Of a DNA stretch of 64,000 nt, positions 25,613-38,516 are shown piece after piece. The number at the start of each line of letters is the position of its first letter. Positions within the stretch are counted from its first letter, which is position 1. Below the pieces are notes generated by a model. It had not been told where the DNA came from. It saw only the letters and a program-made list of their open reading frames with translations, and did no database searches. The position numbers were made by a program, and so were the translations under genes. Origin of the DNA: Raillietiella orientalis (taxonomy: Eukaryota); contig JAYWIR010000007.1 of the NCBI GenBank assembly GCA_036172245.1, positions 3,410,001 through 3,474,000 of the forward strand, read 5' to 3'.

Positions 25613-27042
25613 TCAGAAAGTATGCAATCCATTATATATAGTATACTGAGATCTTTGGTTTAATATGTGTGACAACTCTGAAAATTACACATGCAGAAAG
25701 AGGTGGTATATGTACATCAACTTACGTTCTTTGTGCTCAGCAGTCAACTCTCCTTTAGGAAAATCCACATCAAAGGTTACAAACAGAGACCCAAATTCAT
25801 TGTTGTTTTCATAGTTTGGCATGCCCTGGCCTTTCTTTTTTATCTTAGCACCAGGCCATGTAATTTTATCTCTTTTAATTGTCACCTGATGACCATCTAA
25901 ATGTGTTATGTTGACTTCAAAACCCTTCAAAGCATCTTCCAAAGTAATGGTTACATTAGTAAAGAGATCATCTCCACGCCGCTCAAACAGTTTGTGTGGC
26001 ACTGCAGAAATACGCAACAACAGATCACCAGGTTCACCATCAATATGTGGTTCTCCTTCTGCTACAAATTTACTTTCTTGTCCATCTCTCATGCCAGCTT
26101 CAATTTCCACTTCCAGCACATGTTCCTCATTAACAAGCCTAACAGCAGACATACACTTTTCTGTATTTCAGCTCTGGTTAGCTTACTTTACATTAGGGCA
26201 CTCATCACAGATCTGCTGCTGAGTCATTTGAAATCGGCCAGGACCAAGTTGTCTAGTAACCATTTCCTGACGGCAGTTACACTTCCTAGTTCCTTTTGCA
26301 GGCCGTATAACTGGTTTATTGCGAGCTAGCTAGTGGGAAAAATAAATTTTCTTACTCCTCTTTAACTACCTCGACAAAATTGCCAACATATAATTCCTCT
26401 AAGGTGACAGGTAGAGTCATTACTATATCAGCTCCTCTTGGAGTCCCTTCACTTTTGCTTTCGCCAAAATGAAAACCGAAATCTCCGAAAAAACTGGCAA
26501 ATGAATCCATGCCACCTCCATAACCACCTTCTTTTTTAACACATTCCTCTCCACACTGATCATACTGTTGTCTTGTATCAGGATCAGAAAGCACTTCATA
26601 CGCAGCTCCTAAATCCTGAAACCGGCTCTGTGCATCTGGATCGTCCTTATTAACATCTGGATGAAGTTCTTTTGCTAACTTTCTATAAGCTTTCTTGATT
26701 TGATTCGTATTTGCTGATCGTGGCACCCTCAGAATCTTATAGAAATCCCTTGTAAAAACATTATTATTAGGCATATTTCACTTTAATGCTTGAGCTCAAC
26801 ATGCACAACGCAATGAAGAATGCTACTTAAGTACACTCTCATTCATGAAGAGCAACAAGATAACCTTAAGACTAGTAGTTAGCTTTGCCATAAAATCTCA
26901 CGGGGGATGCATGTTTTCGCACGAGAAATTATAACCAAATTATGTTACAGAAAAGAAACTTAACGAGAAATCATTATTACCTGGATGATTCCAATACCGA
27001 CACACATGCCAACAAAAGGAGTCCCACGTAACTGCAAAGCAT
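25613..27042 (-). CDS. DNAJB11: DnaJ homolog subfamily B member 11 (ERdj3); exons 27042-26981, 26748-26370, 26329-26187, 26138-25726, 25677-25613
   Basis: Signal peptide [13 protein letters not shown].., J domain RDFYKIL..HPD, the [28 protein letters not shown] Cys-rich insert, a DnaJ C-terminal domain and a YNGL terminus. All splice phases are consistent. Confidence 0.95.
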
Positions 27043-30000
27043 TTTGTAGATTTCTTACAAAAGCGTGTAGCCTCCAATGTGCAATCGAACAACCTGCTGC
27101 GACTGCACAACTCGGTGAGCCTATACAACTCTGACATACCACTTGAAACCACTTTTGAAGTTTACACCTATGCTATGCCAATACGTGGCACGCCATTCGA
27201 ACACCATGTAGTGATGGTGATGGTTTCTGCCAGTATCAACGGAACGGATCCTGAATCAAAGTTTTCCGAAATAAGTTGTAGTAATAGGAAAGATACAGCG
27301 GGCCCAACAATTATATTATATCAAGAAAGGAATGCTACTTTTCTGAAATTCCATTCCACAGATCTTCCGTTGAGAAAACTATATATGCAAGAGTCTTATT
27401 TTCTATCATGCTAAAAAGAAAACAAAAATACACTTATAAATAAGAGCTTCTGTATTCCTTATTGATGATCAGCACGTAGTTATTCCAAAGAAATAACTGA
27501 TAACCTTTGAGCTCATGAATACATATCCATATGAACTCAATCTTATAGACGTATACCTGCTTATCGAATATGAAAAGTTTCTTCATACTTATGAATTGGA
27601 TTGCTTCCAAACATTTTTGCATACATTCGAGCTTAGAGGCATCAGTATTTCCAATAATGTCCCTTTATGAGTATAGAACTCTTTAGAATACAATCTATAA
27701 ATTAATTATACATCATGGTGAACAATGGCATAATTCCTCTGTAATTGCATCGACCATGTTTTGGTATTCAAGTACATCCGGAGATCAAGACAAAAACGAA
27801 ATTTCCACCAAATGTATATACTTTAATGGCAGAATTGAGAAAGTCTATAACAGTTTTGACACATTTACCATTTTCTTTTAAAATTATTATTCAGAGCTAA
27901 AGGATTTCTCTTATTTTATTTAAGCTTAATTAGCATCGATATGTGGCTGCAATGATACTGCTGAATTGGCTGCTATCATTTAAGATAATTATCGTGATGA
28001 TGACTGGAAACATATTATTTTTTTTTTTCTTTCGTGGCTATCACTGGAAACGCCGAAACCATTCACGAGCACTCTTTTTATTCTGCGCTACAAATCGTAC
28101 CCTTCATTTGGAGTATATATTTCATGTATATTTGTAATGAAAGTCTCCTGAACATGAAATATGATCATATGGATAAATTTTATTTTCGATCCTTCCTGTC
28201 GACGTGGTCTATTTTGCTTATTAATATTATATGTTCCTCAGTATCTTTCTGAAACTTATTCCGTATGAATGGATAGTTTGCATGTGCCGCTCGGCCATTC
28301 TTCGAAGGTTCTCTTTAAAGGTCTGCAGGAAGGATGGCTAACAGGGAAACGTAGTTGGTTCACTTTGGTTGCCTCTTGATTTCTCGAACATCTTAAAGAC
28401 AAAAGAGGATGCTTTCGAAAAGTATAACTGTTTGGATTTGCTAACAACCAATGTTCTTTGAATTTTTTCCAAATTCCTTTTTGCTGGGAAGCATTCGTAT
28501 AGTTTTGTCCTTTATTTCGATTTTCAGTAATTCCGACGTAATTCAAATTAATAATAAATCGAAATGCTCCGTTGCGTTCTAAGAAATCCAGTTTCTTAGC
28601 ATAGTTTAAGTTTGAAGGAATAGATTTAGTTTAAAAGAATAGCAAAGTTAATATTAGATAAAATACCCACGTCTAATCCACGCAGAATATGTCCTAATAT
28701 GTCCTAATTTCATTCTAATGTGCTGGACATGAATATGAATTGAAGGTGTTCGCATAGCGTTATTTCAACTGTATTTAATAAAACTTTAATTACATTGCGG
28801 GTGAAACTCAGTAAATTGCTTAATTTATTGTGGAACTATCGGTTACAACCTATTTTGTTTGGCGGTTACTCTTAGCCCATTTTCAACATCCAGTCATCAC
28901 ACAGATTGCTTGTTATTGCTTGTGATCATGTGATGGGCCTTAAATTTATACGGCTTGGGGCGAGATTCAGTTTGAAAGCAAAGCCAAAACAAAATTATAG
29001 TTGTAAAAAAAAAAAAAAAAAAAATGCTACTGTCTAACTATACGCAAACAACAGAATTGAAACAGAATTTCAGCACATCATTCGGTCAAACAAATACTTA
29101 ATTTCTCCTAGATTTATTCGTAAACATTAAAATAAAACATACCTTTATTGTGTGAATGTGAGAAATGGAATTTTATTCTCCCCTTATGTTGATGGAGACT
29201 ATAGAACATTTTAATGCCTCATATTCCATCAACAAAATTTCGCGTTTGAAAAACACGTCTGAGATTCCTTCTCACCACATAACCTTCTTATTACTATGCT
29301 AATTTGTACTTTCACTTCCAGGACTTCTCCAGAATGCCATCCTTACAAATACAAACAGTAATTAGGACTGGTTTCTTGTGCAGTCAGCTTGTAATCTGTC
29401 TCCAGGTCCAGGTGCACTAATTTTACCAAATCTGTCAAGGTCGTCATTGCTAAAAGATGAATCCATTAGAGATGTTACCCCATTGATAACAGCTTTCCTA
29501 TTGATTTATAAGAGGACCTGACAGAGAGGGAAAAGGATGAAAACAAATTAAGAGTGGGAAAGAAAGGATGTTTGTCCGTCCGTAAGATGCGAAGTGTTTC
29601 TGTGGAGTGGCCGAGGGTTCTGATACACTGTGCTAATGCAAGAGGATCCTAATGGAAGAAGTAGATTTGAAAGATGGTGCTTTGGGAGGAAGATTCGAAA
29701 GAAATCAGGGTATTTGCATAGGCTGATGAAAGGGAGCCTTGAATCGGCGTGACGTTTTGAGAGGCTGACTGATTAAATTGGAGCTGGAGTGTGATTTTTG
29801 TCGTGTAAAAATCATCTCCAGGGTTTTTGAGGGGCCCAAGGAATTTGTCGAGAATCCCAAGAATCATGAGCAATCATCACCATAATTGCCAACGATGTGA
29901 GTATTTTGGAATTCCCCGTCATTTTAATTCTACTTATGACGTTTAAAGGATAACTTTGAAAGCCTGCTCGAAGAAATGCCGAGAAAAATTTGTCTGGAGA

Positions 30001-30734
30001 GGGAGGAACCAGACAGGCATATCAGCAAACGTAAAACTTACTGGAGCAAGCCTTCTTTTCACATCGGCAGCTCGTAAAAATGTCTTAATGGCTCTCTGGG
30101 ATAAAAGTGCAACCTTCACTTATCTTACGAAACGAAAAGGTTTGCGGAAGGTTCTTTTCTTGTGAGCTATTCGATAAACACAAACAAGTGATAAGGGTTG
30201 CTAAATACGTTTGAATGAAACATTTAATCCGTCAGTTATTGAGTTTTGACATGATGCATAATGAAGAATGTTCAACGGAAAATCTTTGCTTTTACAACTT
30301 TGCCTGCACTATTTTTCTTATCCTACTGGAGATCATGAAGTAGATTTAAAGTAACCCTTTCGTATCTGCGTGGGAGAAAGCGGAAAATGGGGATGGTTTT
30401 CAATTCAGTTGTATATCAGTCGATTTCCTGACTGTTGGATAGCTTTCTCTGTAAGTAGCTAGAAACACTGGAATAAAGTGCATTTGCTGTTCACTCATCG
30501 TTCCCGTTTCAAGCTGCCTTCCGTTTTGTAACCTTCAGGGTACTTCTCGAAACCCAGGCGTTTCCGCCCTTCAGATCAAATCTCCTGGATGTCATGTTTC
30601 CCACAGGACTCACATGCTTACATTCAATCCAATTAAAGATATCGCTCGACACTCCAGAAACGCAGTCTCACACTAAAAGAATCTGAACGGTTGCAATCTA
30701 AAACTGCCAAATGAACAAATGAATGACAGGCAAT

Positions 30735-32990
30735 GTCAGGAGTTCAGCACCAAGAGGTTGCCGTCTTTCTGGCCTTCCTGTTCCGTCAGTGGTGACCTCG
30801 GAGTGAGCGAATCGAGAGGAGTAGCCACGGGCGTGGGTGTGCCGGAGGAACATGCGAACGGCCCCAGACTCTCGCAAGCAACGCGAAAGAGAGCACCCTC
30901 CATGAACGGCAGAAATTGGTGGATGCAGAAATTTTCTTTGACGCGGCTGTACCAAAGGCTGAAACCTTCGCAGAGGTGACAAATGAAACTTTAGAAACTT
31001 AAAGAGGATTATATTTGTAGAAGCCGAAAGAAAAAAAAAAAAGAGGAGGGGGGGGGGATGAACGAGTGTATCAAAGAGTGTGCGTGTCCGTGAAACTTTG
31101 TTCTCCCTAAAAGAAAAAAAAAGGTTCGCAAACTTGTTTTGCTTTGCAAGAGAAAGGGATGGAGTCAGTAAGGAAGAAATGGGAACTGCTCAAGTTCCAA
31201 TAAGATTCCCGATAGTACTGAAAATGGAAAAAATCCTCCATGATCTCCGAATAAGAATTTAAATGTTCTTAAGAAAACCAGCTTTCATTATGATTCACAA
31301 GTGAGACAACTAGGCTCCATCCAAAGGAAGAGCAATGTGCACAAGCATAGTGAAATAATTATCAATATTTATTGATATGCATATTATTAACGGTGACATT
31401 ATTTTAAAATATGCATTTATTTCTATTCATAGACGTGCATATTATTAACATGATTAATAATGTGTTTATTATATATATATATATTTGCATAAATATGGAC
31501 ATATGGATTAATATATATTCTAAAGTTTCTAAAAATTTTGATCAAAAATTGTCATGAAGGGGAAGACTTAGATTGCAACTGAGTGCTGGCTTGTTCTTGT
31601 GTTGCGATGTCTTTAAAGACAACTACGAAGGGACTCAGTGGAACTGATTCTGGGGTCGAAACCTGTTCCCACTGCAAGTGGCTGATCTTTGCATCACTCG
31701 AAATGATCAAGAGGTTCGAGGACACGCACACCTGCCAAGGACCTCTGTCCTGGCAGCAAATTAATAAGCCGTTTTGTGCCTGAGATGTACGAGTGGAGTT
31801 GTGAACCACGGGAACGTGGGTCCATCTTGGTCCAAGTTCCACACTCTCTCAGTAATCCCTCAGTGGCGCTGAACAGAAGTGTTCCATTAGAATGTTCAAA
31901 GGTACGAAGCAAGTGTTGAACTTCCAGCTGATCAACGCTAGAAGGCAACCAAGCCGTACTCTCAGAGGTGCCAACCAAAATCCCGAAAGATAATAAAAAA
32001 TAGATACATTTGTTTATTGCGTGTATTGATACGCATACATTTATATATAGATTAACACGCAAAGTTATTTTAACTTGCATACTTATTGATATACGTATTA
32101 TTAACAGTGACATTATTTTAATATATACATTTATTTGTATTTATAGACATACATATTATGAATGCCATTAGTTTATTAATATATATTTGCATAAAGATTG
32201 ATATACAGACTAATACATAATGTAAAGATTATAAAAACTCGTTTGATCGTTCGGGATTTTGAGCCAAACTCCACTTTGGTATACCCCCGTGCCTCTTCGC
32301 TCTTCACCATCCGTCCAAGCGTTTTTAAGTCCAGGGAAGGTTCCAAGAGACTCCTCGTGCCCTTTGGGGGCACTTCGAATTGCCAGCTTTTGTTCTTCTA
32401 TACCTCCGACCGCAAGAGAATCCGAAAGTTCACGTGCCAAAGCGCCTCATCGACGTGCTGAGCTTATGGTCGCCGTCCGTGAAGGCACCAGAAACTCTTG
32501 TGAGAGACGGACGCGACCGCAGACCAGCAAGGGGCTGCTGTTATCCGTCCCCACCCATCCATGAAAAGGTGAGAACTCCGCCGCCGTCCGTCGGGTACAG
32601 TCCCTCAACGTACATCCTACCATTTTTAGTATATGTACAGACGAACCGTGTACGTATACTAAAATACATCGTACCATGGTACGCATTTGCCTGCTAATTC
32701 TCTTGACTTTCGAACCTCTAAGCGAAGATTTCAGTCTTTGGTACAGCCATGTGAAAGAAATTTCTACATCCACCACCTCGCCGAGTTTCCGGAGAGGTTT
32801 GCCATTCATGGAGGGTGCTCTCTTTCGCGTTGCTTGCGAAACTCTGGAGCCGTTCGCGTATTCCTCTGGCACACCCACATCCGTGGCTACTCCTCTCGAT
32901 GCGCTCACTCCGAGGTCACTACTGACGGGACAGAAAGGCTCACAGAAAAGCCAGAAAGACGGCGGCCGCGCGATGCTGAATTCCTGACGC
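30735..32990. repeat. Nested inverted repeats plus an AT-rich direct repeat
   Basis: Outer arms ~30735-30975 and ~32715-32990 (e.g. TCGCAAGCAACGCGAAAGAGAGCACCCTCCATGAA and its reverse complement). Inner diverged arms ~31877-31991 and ~32245-32377. AT-rich direct repeats ~31366-31540 and ~32079-32248. Confidence 0.75.
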
Positions 32991-34094
32991 TGGCTGCGGC
33001 AGCTGGGTCAAACCCGACTGCGTGGCTCCACATCCTCGGGTGCTGCGAGACAGAGACGAAAATGCGACCCTCCGATGTCTGCTCGCAGGACTCGGCTCTT
33101 TCGCTCTCGCAAAAAAGGAAGAATCTTCCCGAGCCGTGTCACCATCTGGGGAGGGCAGAGTCCAGGGGAGTGAGGAGAATTGGGTTGGCTGTGAATCATC
33201 GGCACCCTCCAAGTTCCAGGAAGAAGCCAGAGGCATTTTCCTAATGGGAGGGACTGCGGGTGGCTTCGGGATTGGTAAACAACAGCCACACTGCAAGAAA
33301 AGTTTCCTGGATGCCGAGGCGAAGGACACGAGATTGATGTGTTTTCCCGTTGCTGACAACGTGCTTCCTGAGCAGATGGGATGTGGGAGAGGCCGGAGGA
33401 GAGGATAAACAAGGGTGAGCTGAGTCACCTAGATCCACGAAAGGGACAACAACGGTAACACGAACAGCTGGAAGACGTGTAGCGGCATACGAAAGGGAAA
33501 AAGAAAGGAAGAAAGGAAAGACAGAGGAAGAGTAGAGAAAAAACGAAACGAAGACGAAAAGGCAACGAAAACAAGATTTCAATCACATCAAGGAATTCAG
33601 AAGCCGAGATCGCAAAAATGCAGTTCGCTCCCGCGGGGCTAACGAGTCGGGAAGGTCGCTCGTGGTGCACAAAAAGTAAAGATCCCCATTTTCCCCAGAT
33701 CTGACAAATGGTGAAGATGGGAGGGGGGGAGGGAGAAGATTTATCAATGCGAATGATTTTGACAACACCAATCAACGCCGTGCGTCTTTTAGGGTGATGA
33801 ACTCTCAATCCTCTGGGGTTCTCCTGTTTTGGTCGCTTTCCTTACAGCTTTTTTTTTTTGGCTTCGCTGACTGCTGAAGAACCGTTCGCTTCCTTGGGGA
33901 GGGACTCACGAAGCTTTTTAACGATACCCACGCCACCCGAGGGTGAGTGTAACCCTTCGAGCTATGGGAGGTGACACCGGAAGGGGACCACCCTATGAAT
34001 CCAGGAAGGCTCCGGAGGAAGGAGAGCCTGGTAGGGAACCCCGAAGGGAACCCTCCACCCTGGTTGTCTTCGATTTCCGGACACGCCGAAACGT

Positions 34095-35670
34095 ATCTTA
34101 AAATTAAAAAGAACCTCATATCCTGTGGTAGAACACGTGGTCCTACCACACAACGTTTGTCCACGGATCTGTCGGGTCGCCGGTGAGCAGACCGGTGGGG
34201 GTCACCTCGACAGCGGGAGGGGGATGGGAGAAACAAAAAGAAAAAGAAAGAGAATTATAAATAAAAATCTCTGGAAGAGTCTGGAGGGGACCCCTGTCCG
34301 CTGGAGGGAGTCTGCATCCTTTCCTGCATGCCTGCTAGGTCCGTCCAAATAGGTCCCAGGTGGAGCCATCTGGATGCTATCCGTATAAAGCGAATTGAGA
34401 ACTGGACGGCTCCCCCCTCGTTCCTTCTTCTGTTGCTCCAGGCCGCCTCAATCCCGCGGATGCAGCCAAGCGCTGCTGGGGCTGCGGTTGCCTGCAGGGC
34501 GTCCCGCACAAAGAGGAGCCGCAAAACGTCCTTAAGGACGCCAACCGGGATCCGGAGGATCGTTCTGGATCCCAGTTGTTTCCGAAAAGAACCTCTTCCT
34601 TATTCTCTCCTGAGAGATCCCCGAAGGGGGTCATTCCTCATTTCTTCTACGAAGGGAATCCACAAGGAACGGCTCCTTGTTTCCTCCTTCTCTGAAGAAA
34701 ACCCCGAAAAAACACTTCCAAATTTCTATGAAGAGCTCTCATCGAAGGGAGTAGTGCTCTTCTTGACACTCTGGAGAGGAAACCCCCCGAGGGATGTACC
34801 AACCAGCCCCATGATACGCGATGAAGGGCACCACAGGGGGAGGACGACTCCCTTTTCACAACTGGAGGGGATCCCCAAAACCAACTGACTCCTTGGTTCC
34901 TGGAAGGACCCCGGAGGATCAACTTTTTAATCCTGACCAGTCAAAGGGGGCTTCCGGTTTCCAGCTTCCACCAGTGCCGCCCCATAATGTGCCAGAAACC
35001 GCCTTCAGAAAGCACTGCAGGCGCCCGGCCTGTTCCAAAGAGGTAAGTTTTACCTGTCGGAACAGACCGCAGTGTGGAATGCCTTCGTGGCCCCCTCCTC
35101 TGCTCCCTGATTTTTGTTTGCCACCGCCATGCAGCATTAGGAAACAGTCAAAGGAACTCCTCCGGATCGCCCTCTGAGGCAAAGGGAGGCCCCGAGTCCG
35201 CCTAAAGGACTTGTGTGCTCCGCGCTGGGACGGCGGCCTAGGCCCTCTGACGCTAGAGCGAATGGAGCTGCAGCCCCAGTTTTGAACACTTGCCCTCGTG
35301 GAAAAATTCTGAAGCACCGCCTGGTGCCAACCTGCATGTCTTCTCGTCCAGAGAGCCACCGGCAGCGTGGGACTCGCGTCCTTCCTTGAGCTCCCTCCAT
35401 GCAGTCTCATCCACGGTGGAATGCACCTTCGGCAGATGACCACGCTGGCGAGGCAAAACGGATGGATCTCGTGCCGTCCCGAGAACTGTAGTGCCTGGTT
35501 GCAGGAAACCGTTCGCACATGGGTGAGGATCCAGGAGCCTAACAGGTGCGACGTTTCCTGTACGCGCCCCACAACTGCATGTTCCGGGAGATCCTGGAAG
35601 ATCCCGCGAAGAGTGCGTGGGAAAGCAGAACCTCATTCGCCGCCGCGCCGCCCTCCCTTAGGAAGCATAT
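34095..35670 (-). mobile_element. Degenerate L1/Tx1-like 3' portion with 3' UTR, inverted relative to the adjacent copy
   Basis: Minus-strand tail: T-rich tract, CGAGGTGACC (shared with the plus-strand tail) and hairpin GTGGTAG..CTACCAC. Upstream is a decayed ORF2-like C-terminus (ECQEE..IWK). Confidence 0.5.
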
Positions 35671-35673
35671 AGT

Positions 35674-36530
35674 CAGCAGCCTTACGACTAGATGGAAGGT
35701 TACTGTGGAAATTCCGGAAGGAGTGGGCAGGACTGGGCGAGTGGACGACGGACCAGCTCACTGACGTTGCGACCCCGAGCGCTCGACCACACTGGACTTT
35801 TAAGATGGGGCGTGCTACTGGGTATTCCGGAGAAAGACCTGCAGTGGACCGCGGTGCTCATGAACACCCGCACCTTCCTCTTAAAGTTTCAGGAGATGGT
35901 GATGCCGCTTCTGCACTGGGGCCTCCCATGCAACGCCCGCCGGCATCTGTAGACATGGGGTGTGTGGACCCAAACTGTGGAAGGTGCGGAGAGCGGGAAT
36001 GCCTCCCGCACCTCCTAGTGGACTGTGTTGCCTCTTTGGGGACGCTATGCTGCGACCCTTGGAACCACCAGAGGCAGAGCCAGAGACGTTTCAAAGCGCC
36101 CCTTCCTGCGCGACGCTCTCACCCCGGTAGGCGGCATCTCCAGCAGCACTTTGCTGCCTCCGCGGCGGGACGATGTGTGCATGAAGCAGCGCAACAGGAG
36201 GCCAGAACGACAAGCATGCCATCCATTTTGCTGTCCTCTTCATGAGGACAGCGTCAAGATGGCCCTAGCTGGGAGTCTTGAAACAGGAACTTGCGGGCAT
36301 CCTTACAAGGATGCAGAGAATATTCTCCAGCACGCAGTGATCCCTTCCTGAACTCCCTCCCCCTTTCCATTTTTTTGACCGTATGTTTTTTGTTTTATTT
36401 TTTTCTTTTTGTTTGCCGAGGTGACCCTGCTGACCTGTGTGACAGAACCCGGCAGGTTCCTTTTCGTATTCATAAGTAACGTGGCAGCATCAAACGTATC
36501 CTGCCACAGACATATATTTTCATTGTATAA
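35674..36530 (+). mobile_element. L1/Tx1-clade LINE 3' fragment, copy 2
   Basis: Same sequence as 14139-14995 apart from three substitutions noticed in the first ~55 bp; same frameshifts. Confidence 0.8.
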
Positions 36531-36745
36531 GTAAACGTCCCAGCGTGACTGGGTGTCCATCAGTGCTTCCGAAGCCAACCAGCGTTATCCTGCGGGGGGA
36601 GAGGAGCTCGGAACCCACGGCTCAGAGGTGTGGATCCTTCCCAGAGCAGGATTCGAACCAGCGACGCTTGGGCCACGCACAGAGAGCAGAGCCGATGCGG
36701 GCCGTAGTCTCCCCTTTAGGTCCACACTGCGGCACTCAGTCGCTT
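36531..36745 (-). mobile_element. tRNA-derived SINE-like repeat, copy 2
   Basis: Minus strand has an A-box-like GTGCCGCAGTGTGG and B-box GGTTCGAATCC; homologous to 14996-15190. Confidence 0.6.
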
Positions 36746-36899
36746 CACAGGTTGCCGTTCTGTTCGAAGCTGAGGTCCAGGCCTGTCCGTTTTCTTCCAA
36801 TATGTTCCTCAGCGTCTCCTTCCACCTCATCTCTGGATGCGACCTGCTTCTCAGTTCCAACGGATCGCTTCACTTCAGGAAGGGGATGATAGGGACGCC

Positions 36900-38085
36900 T
36901 CGCAACCGCCCGACCACCTGCAGCTTCCGAGGGATGTATCCGAACGCCCAGGCTGGGCATCCGCCCGCAGCTGTGGACGGGTGTCCATCTTCTTCGCGAG
37001 CAGTCCTCGCAAGGTTTCCACTATTGGCACGTCCTTCCCGTGGCGGTGGAAGCTTCCATTTTCTTATCATGGCAGTCGCGACGAAGAAGCCGCCCGCTAC
37101 CATCGGGTTGTTTGCCGGAACCACCCCGTCGTCGTGAAAGAGATCACGCGGGAAGGAATTGCGGTCTTCGGCGTGTCCCGAGGGTCCGCCGAACCGCGCT
37201 CCGGTCTTGGGCCAAGGTTCAGAACGCCTGGCGTGGGTTCCGCCTTTCTCCGCGTGCTCTGCTGGCCTCGTCCCCCCCCCCCCCCGACTCTTGTTGGGCG
37301 TCGGGGTCGACCCTCGCTTTTCCTGCAAGAGTAACATAAGAAGGTATCCCGAGACGTCACTTCGCTGCCAAGGAGCGAGCAGTAAGGAGGCTGAAGCGCT
37401 TCCTCATCTCCCTCGTGACCGGCATCGGCAACGTCCAGCAGGGCGTTGGCGGGAGGCCGTCTTCTTGCAGGGATATCAGCCGGCGCCGGAGCCATCTTCT
37501 GGAGGCGTCCTCCCTCCGCCTGGGTGCGAGCCGCTTGCCCCGGGTCCTGAGGGCTCCGACTAGCGAAGGCAGCGTATGAATCCCTCGCGCTCAAGAAGCC
37601 GAGGTCCGCCGTGGGTCCCTGAGCAGTGTCGAGGTTGCCATGGACTTTCAGCTGCAATCCTGGGGGCCCTTCCCTGTACGCCGCTAGTGGAGGCCCAGCG
37701 TCTTCCCGTTTCCCGTCGTGCAGCCTCATGCCTAGGGCAGCTGAGCGGATTCGCACGCCGAAGGCCAGCGGCGGCTCCCCGTGGGAGACTTGTCCTTCCC
37801 CCGTTCCCTTCGCCGTCCTTGCTCTGCCCTCTCAGCAGCGCTCCCGGATGCTCCGGTTCTCTTTGCCATGAGCGATGTGGGCGGAGGAACGATCGCTCCG
37901 CTCTCTCACCTCCCCCCTCCCCATTTTCCACCCTCCCTTCCCCCTAGCGAATGCTGTTGCCGTGTCCCCTGATCCTTTGGGGTCGCCCTTCCTCCTCCGC
38001 AAAGAACCCTCAGCCCTCATGCATCCACACCCGCTTCCCGGGGAGAGGGATTCCAGCTCCCGTGTCTCCATCCCGGAGGCGGGAT
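36900..38085 (-). mobile_element. Possible decayed GC-rich L1/Tx1 ORF2 C-terminal part, left of the bacterial insertion
   Basis: W..L..PCWTL..REMRKRFSLL..L..RLGI resembles the region preceding zf-RVT; weak. Confidence 0.3.
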
Positions 38086-38087
38086 AA

Positions 38088-38400
38088 TAAGTAGCTCTTT
38101 AGCTTTGCTTTTAGATACTTCCAAATAGTCACTACCTTAAAACCTTTTCCTATATTTCTTAATTCCTTATCCTTTCTCTAATATATGCTGCTGCTTGTTG
38201 TAATGCTAAAGGGAAGCACCCCAGTTCTTTTACGAACTTCGTTACTTGTCCGTCTTGTAAGCCATCTTTTATATTTAAAACCTTCTTGACAAACTGTACA
38301 GCTTCCTCCTACTCTAATACGCTTAACGTTAATACTTTAATCTCGGATGACACCATTTGTTGTAAACTCACTTTTTCTCGATTTTTTTGTCTACTCACAA
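38088..38400 (-). pseudogene. NB-ARC (STAND NTPase) domain fragment of the type found in Wolbachia NB-ARC/TPR/ankyrin proteins
   Basis: IKVLTLSVLE*EEAVQFVKKVLNI..VKELGCFPLALQQAAAYI (GxPLAL motif); internal stop; truncated. Confidence 0.7.
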
Positions 38401-38516
38401 ATAATATTTTAATTATTATATATGATGGCAAAAATTCAACTCGTCTTTTGAGGAGTTCAAAACCCTTCTGCCGATTAATACAAGCAAAATTCAACATAAC
38501 AACTAACACAGAAATA

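Noticed and set aside
27079..29520. Possible exons upstream of DNAJB11
   Set aside because: Could not assemble consistent splice phases or recognise a product.
29604..29632. tRNA A-box-like GTGGCCGAGGGTTCT
   Set aside because: No B-box or cloverleaf follows.
33022..33408. ENWVGCE PHD-finger-like motif
   Set aside because: The remaining Cys/His ligands are not in frame; too weak.
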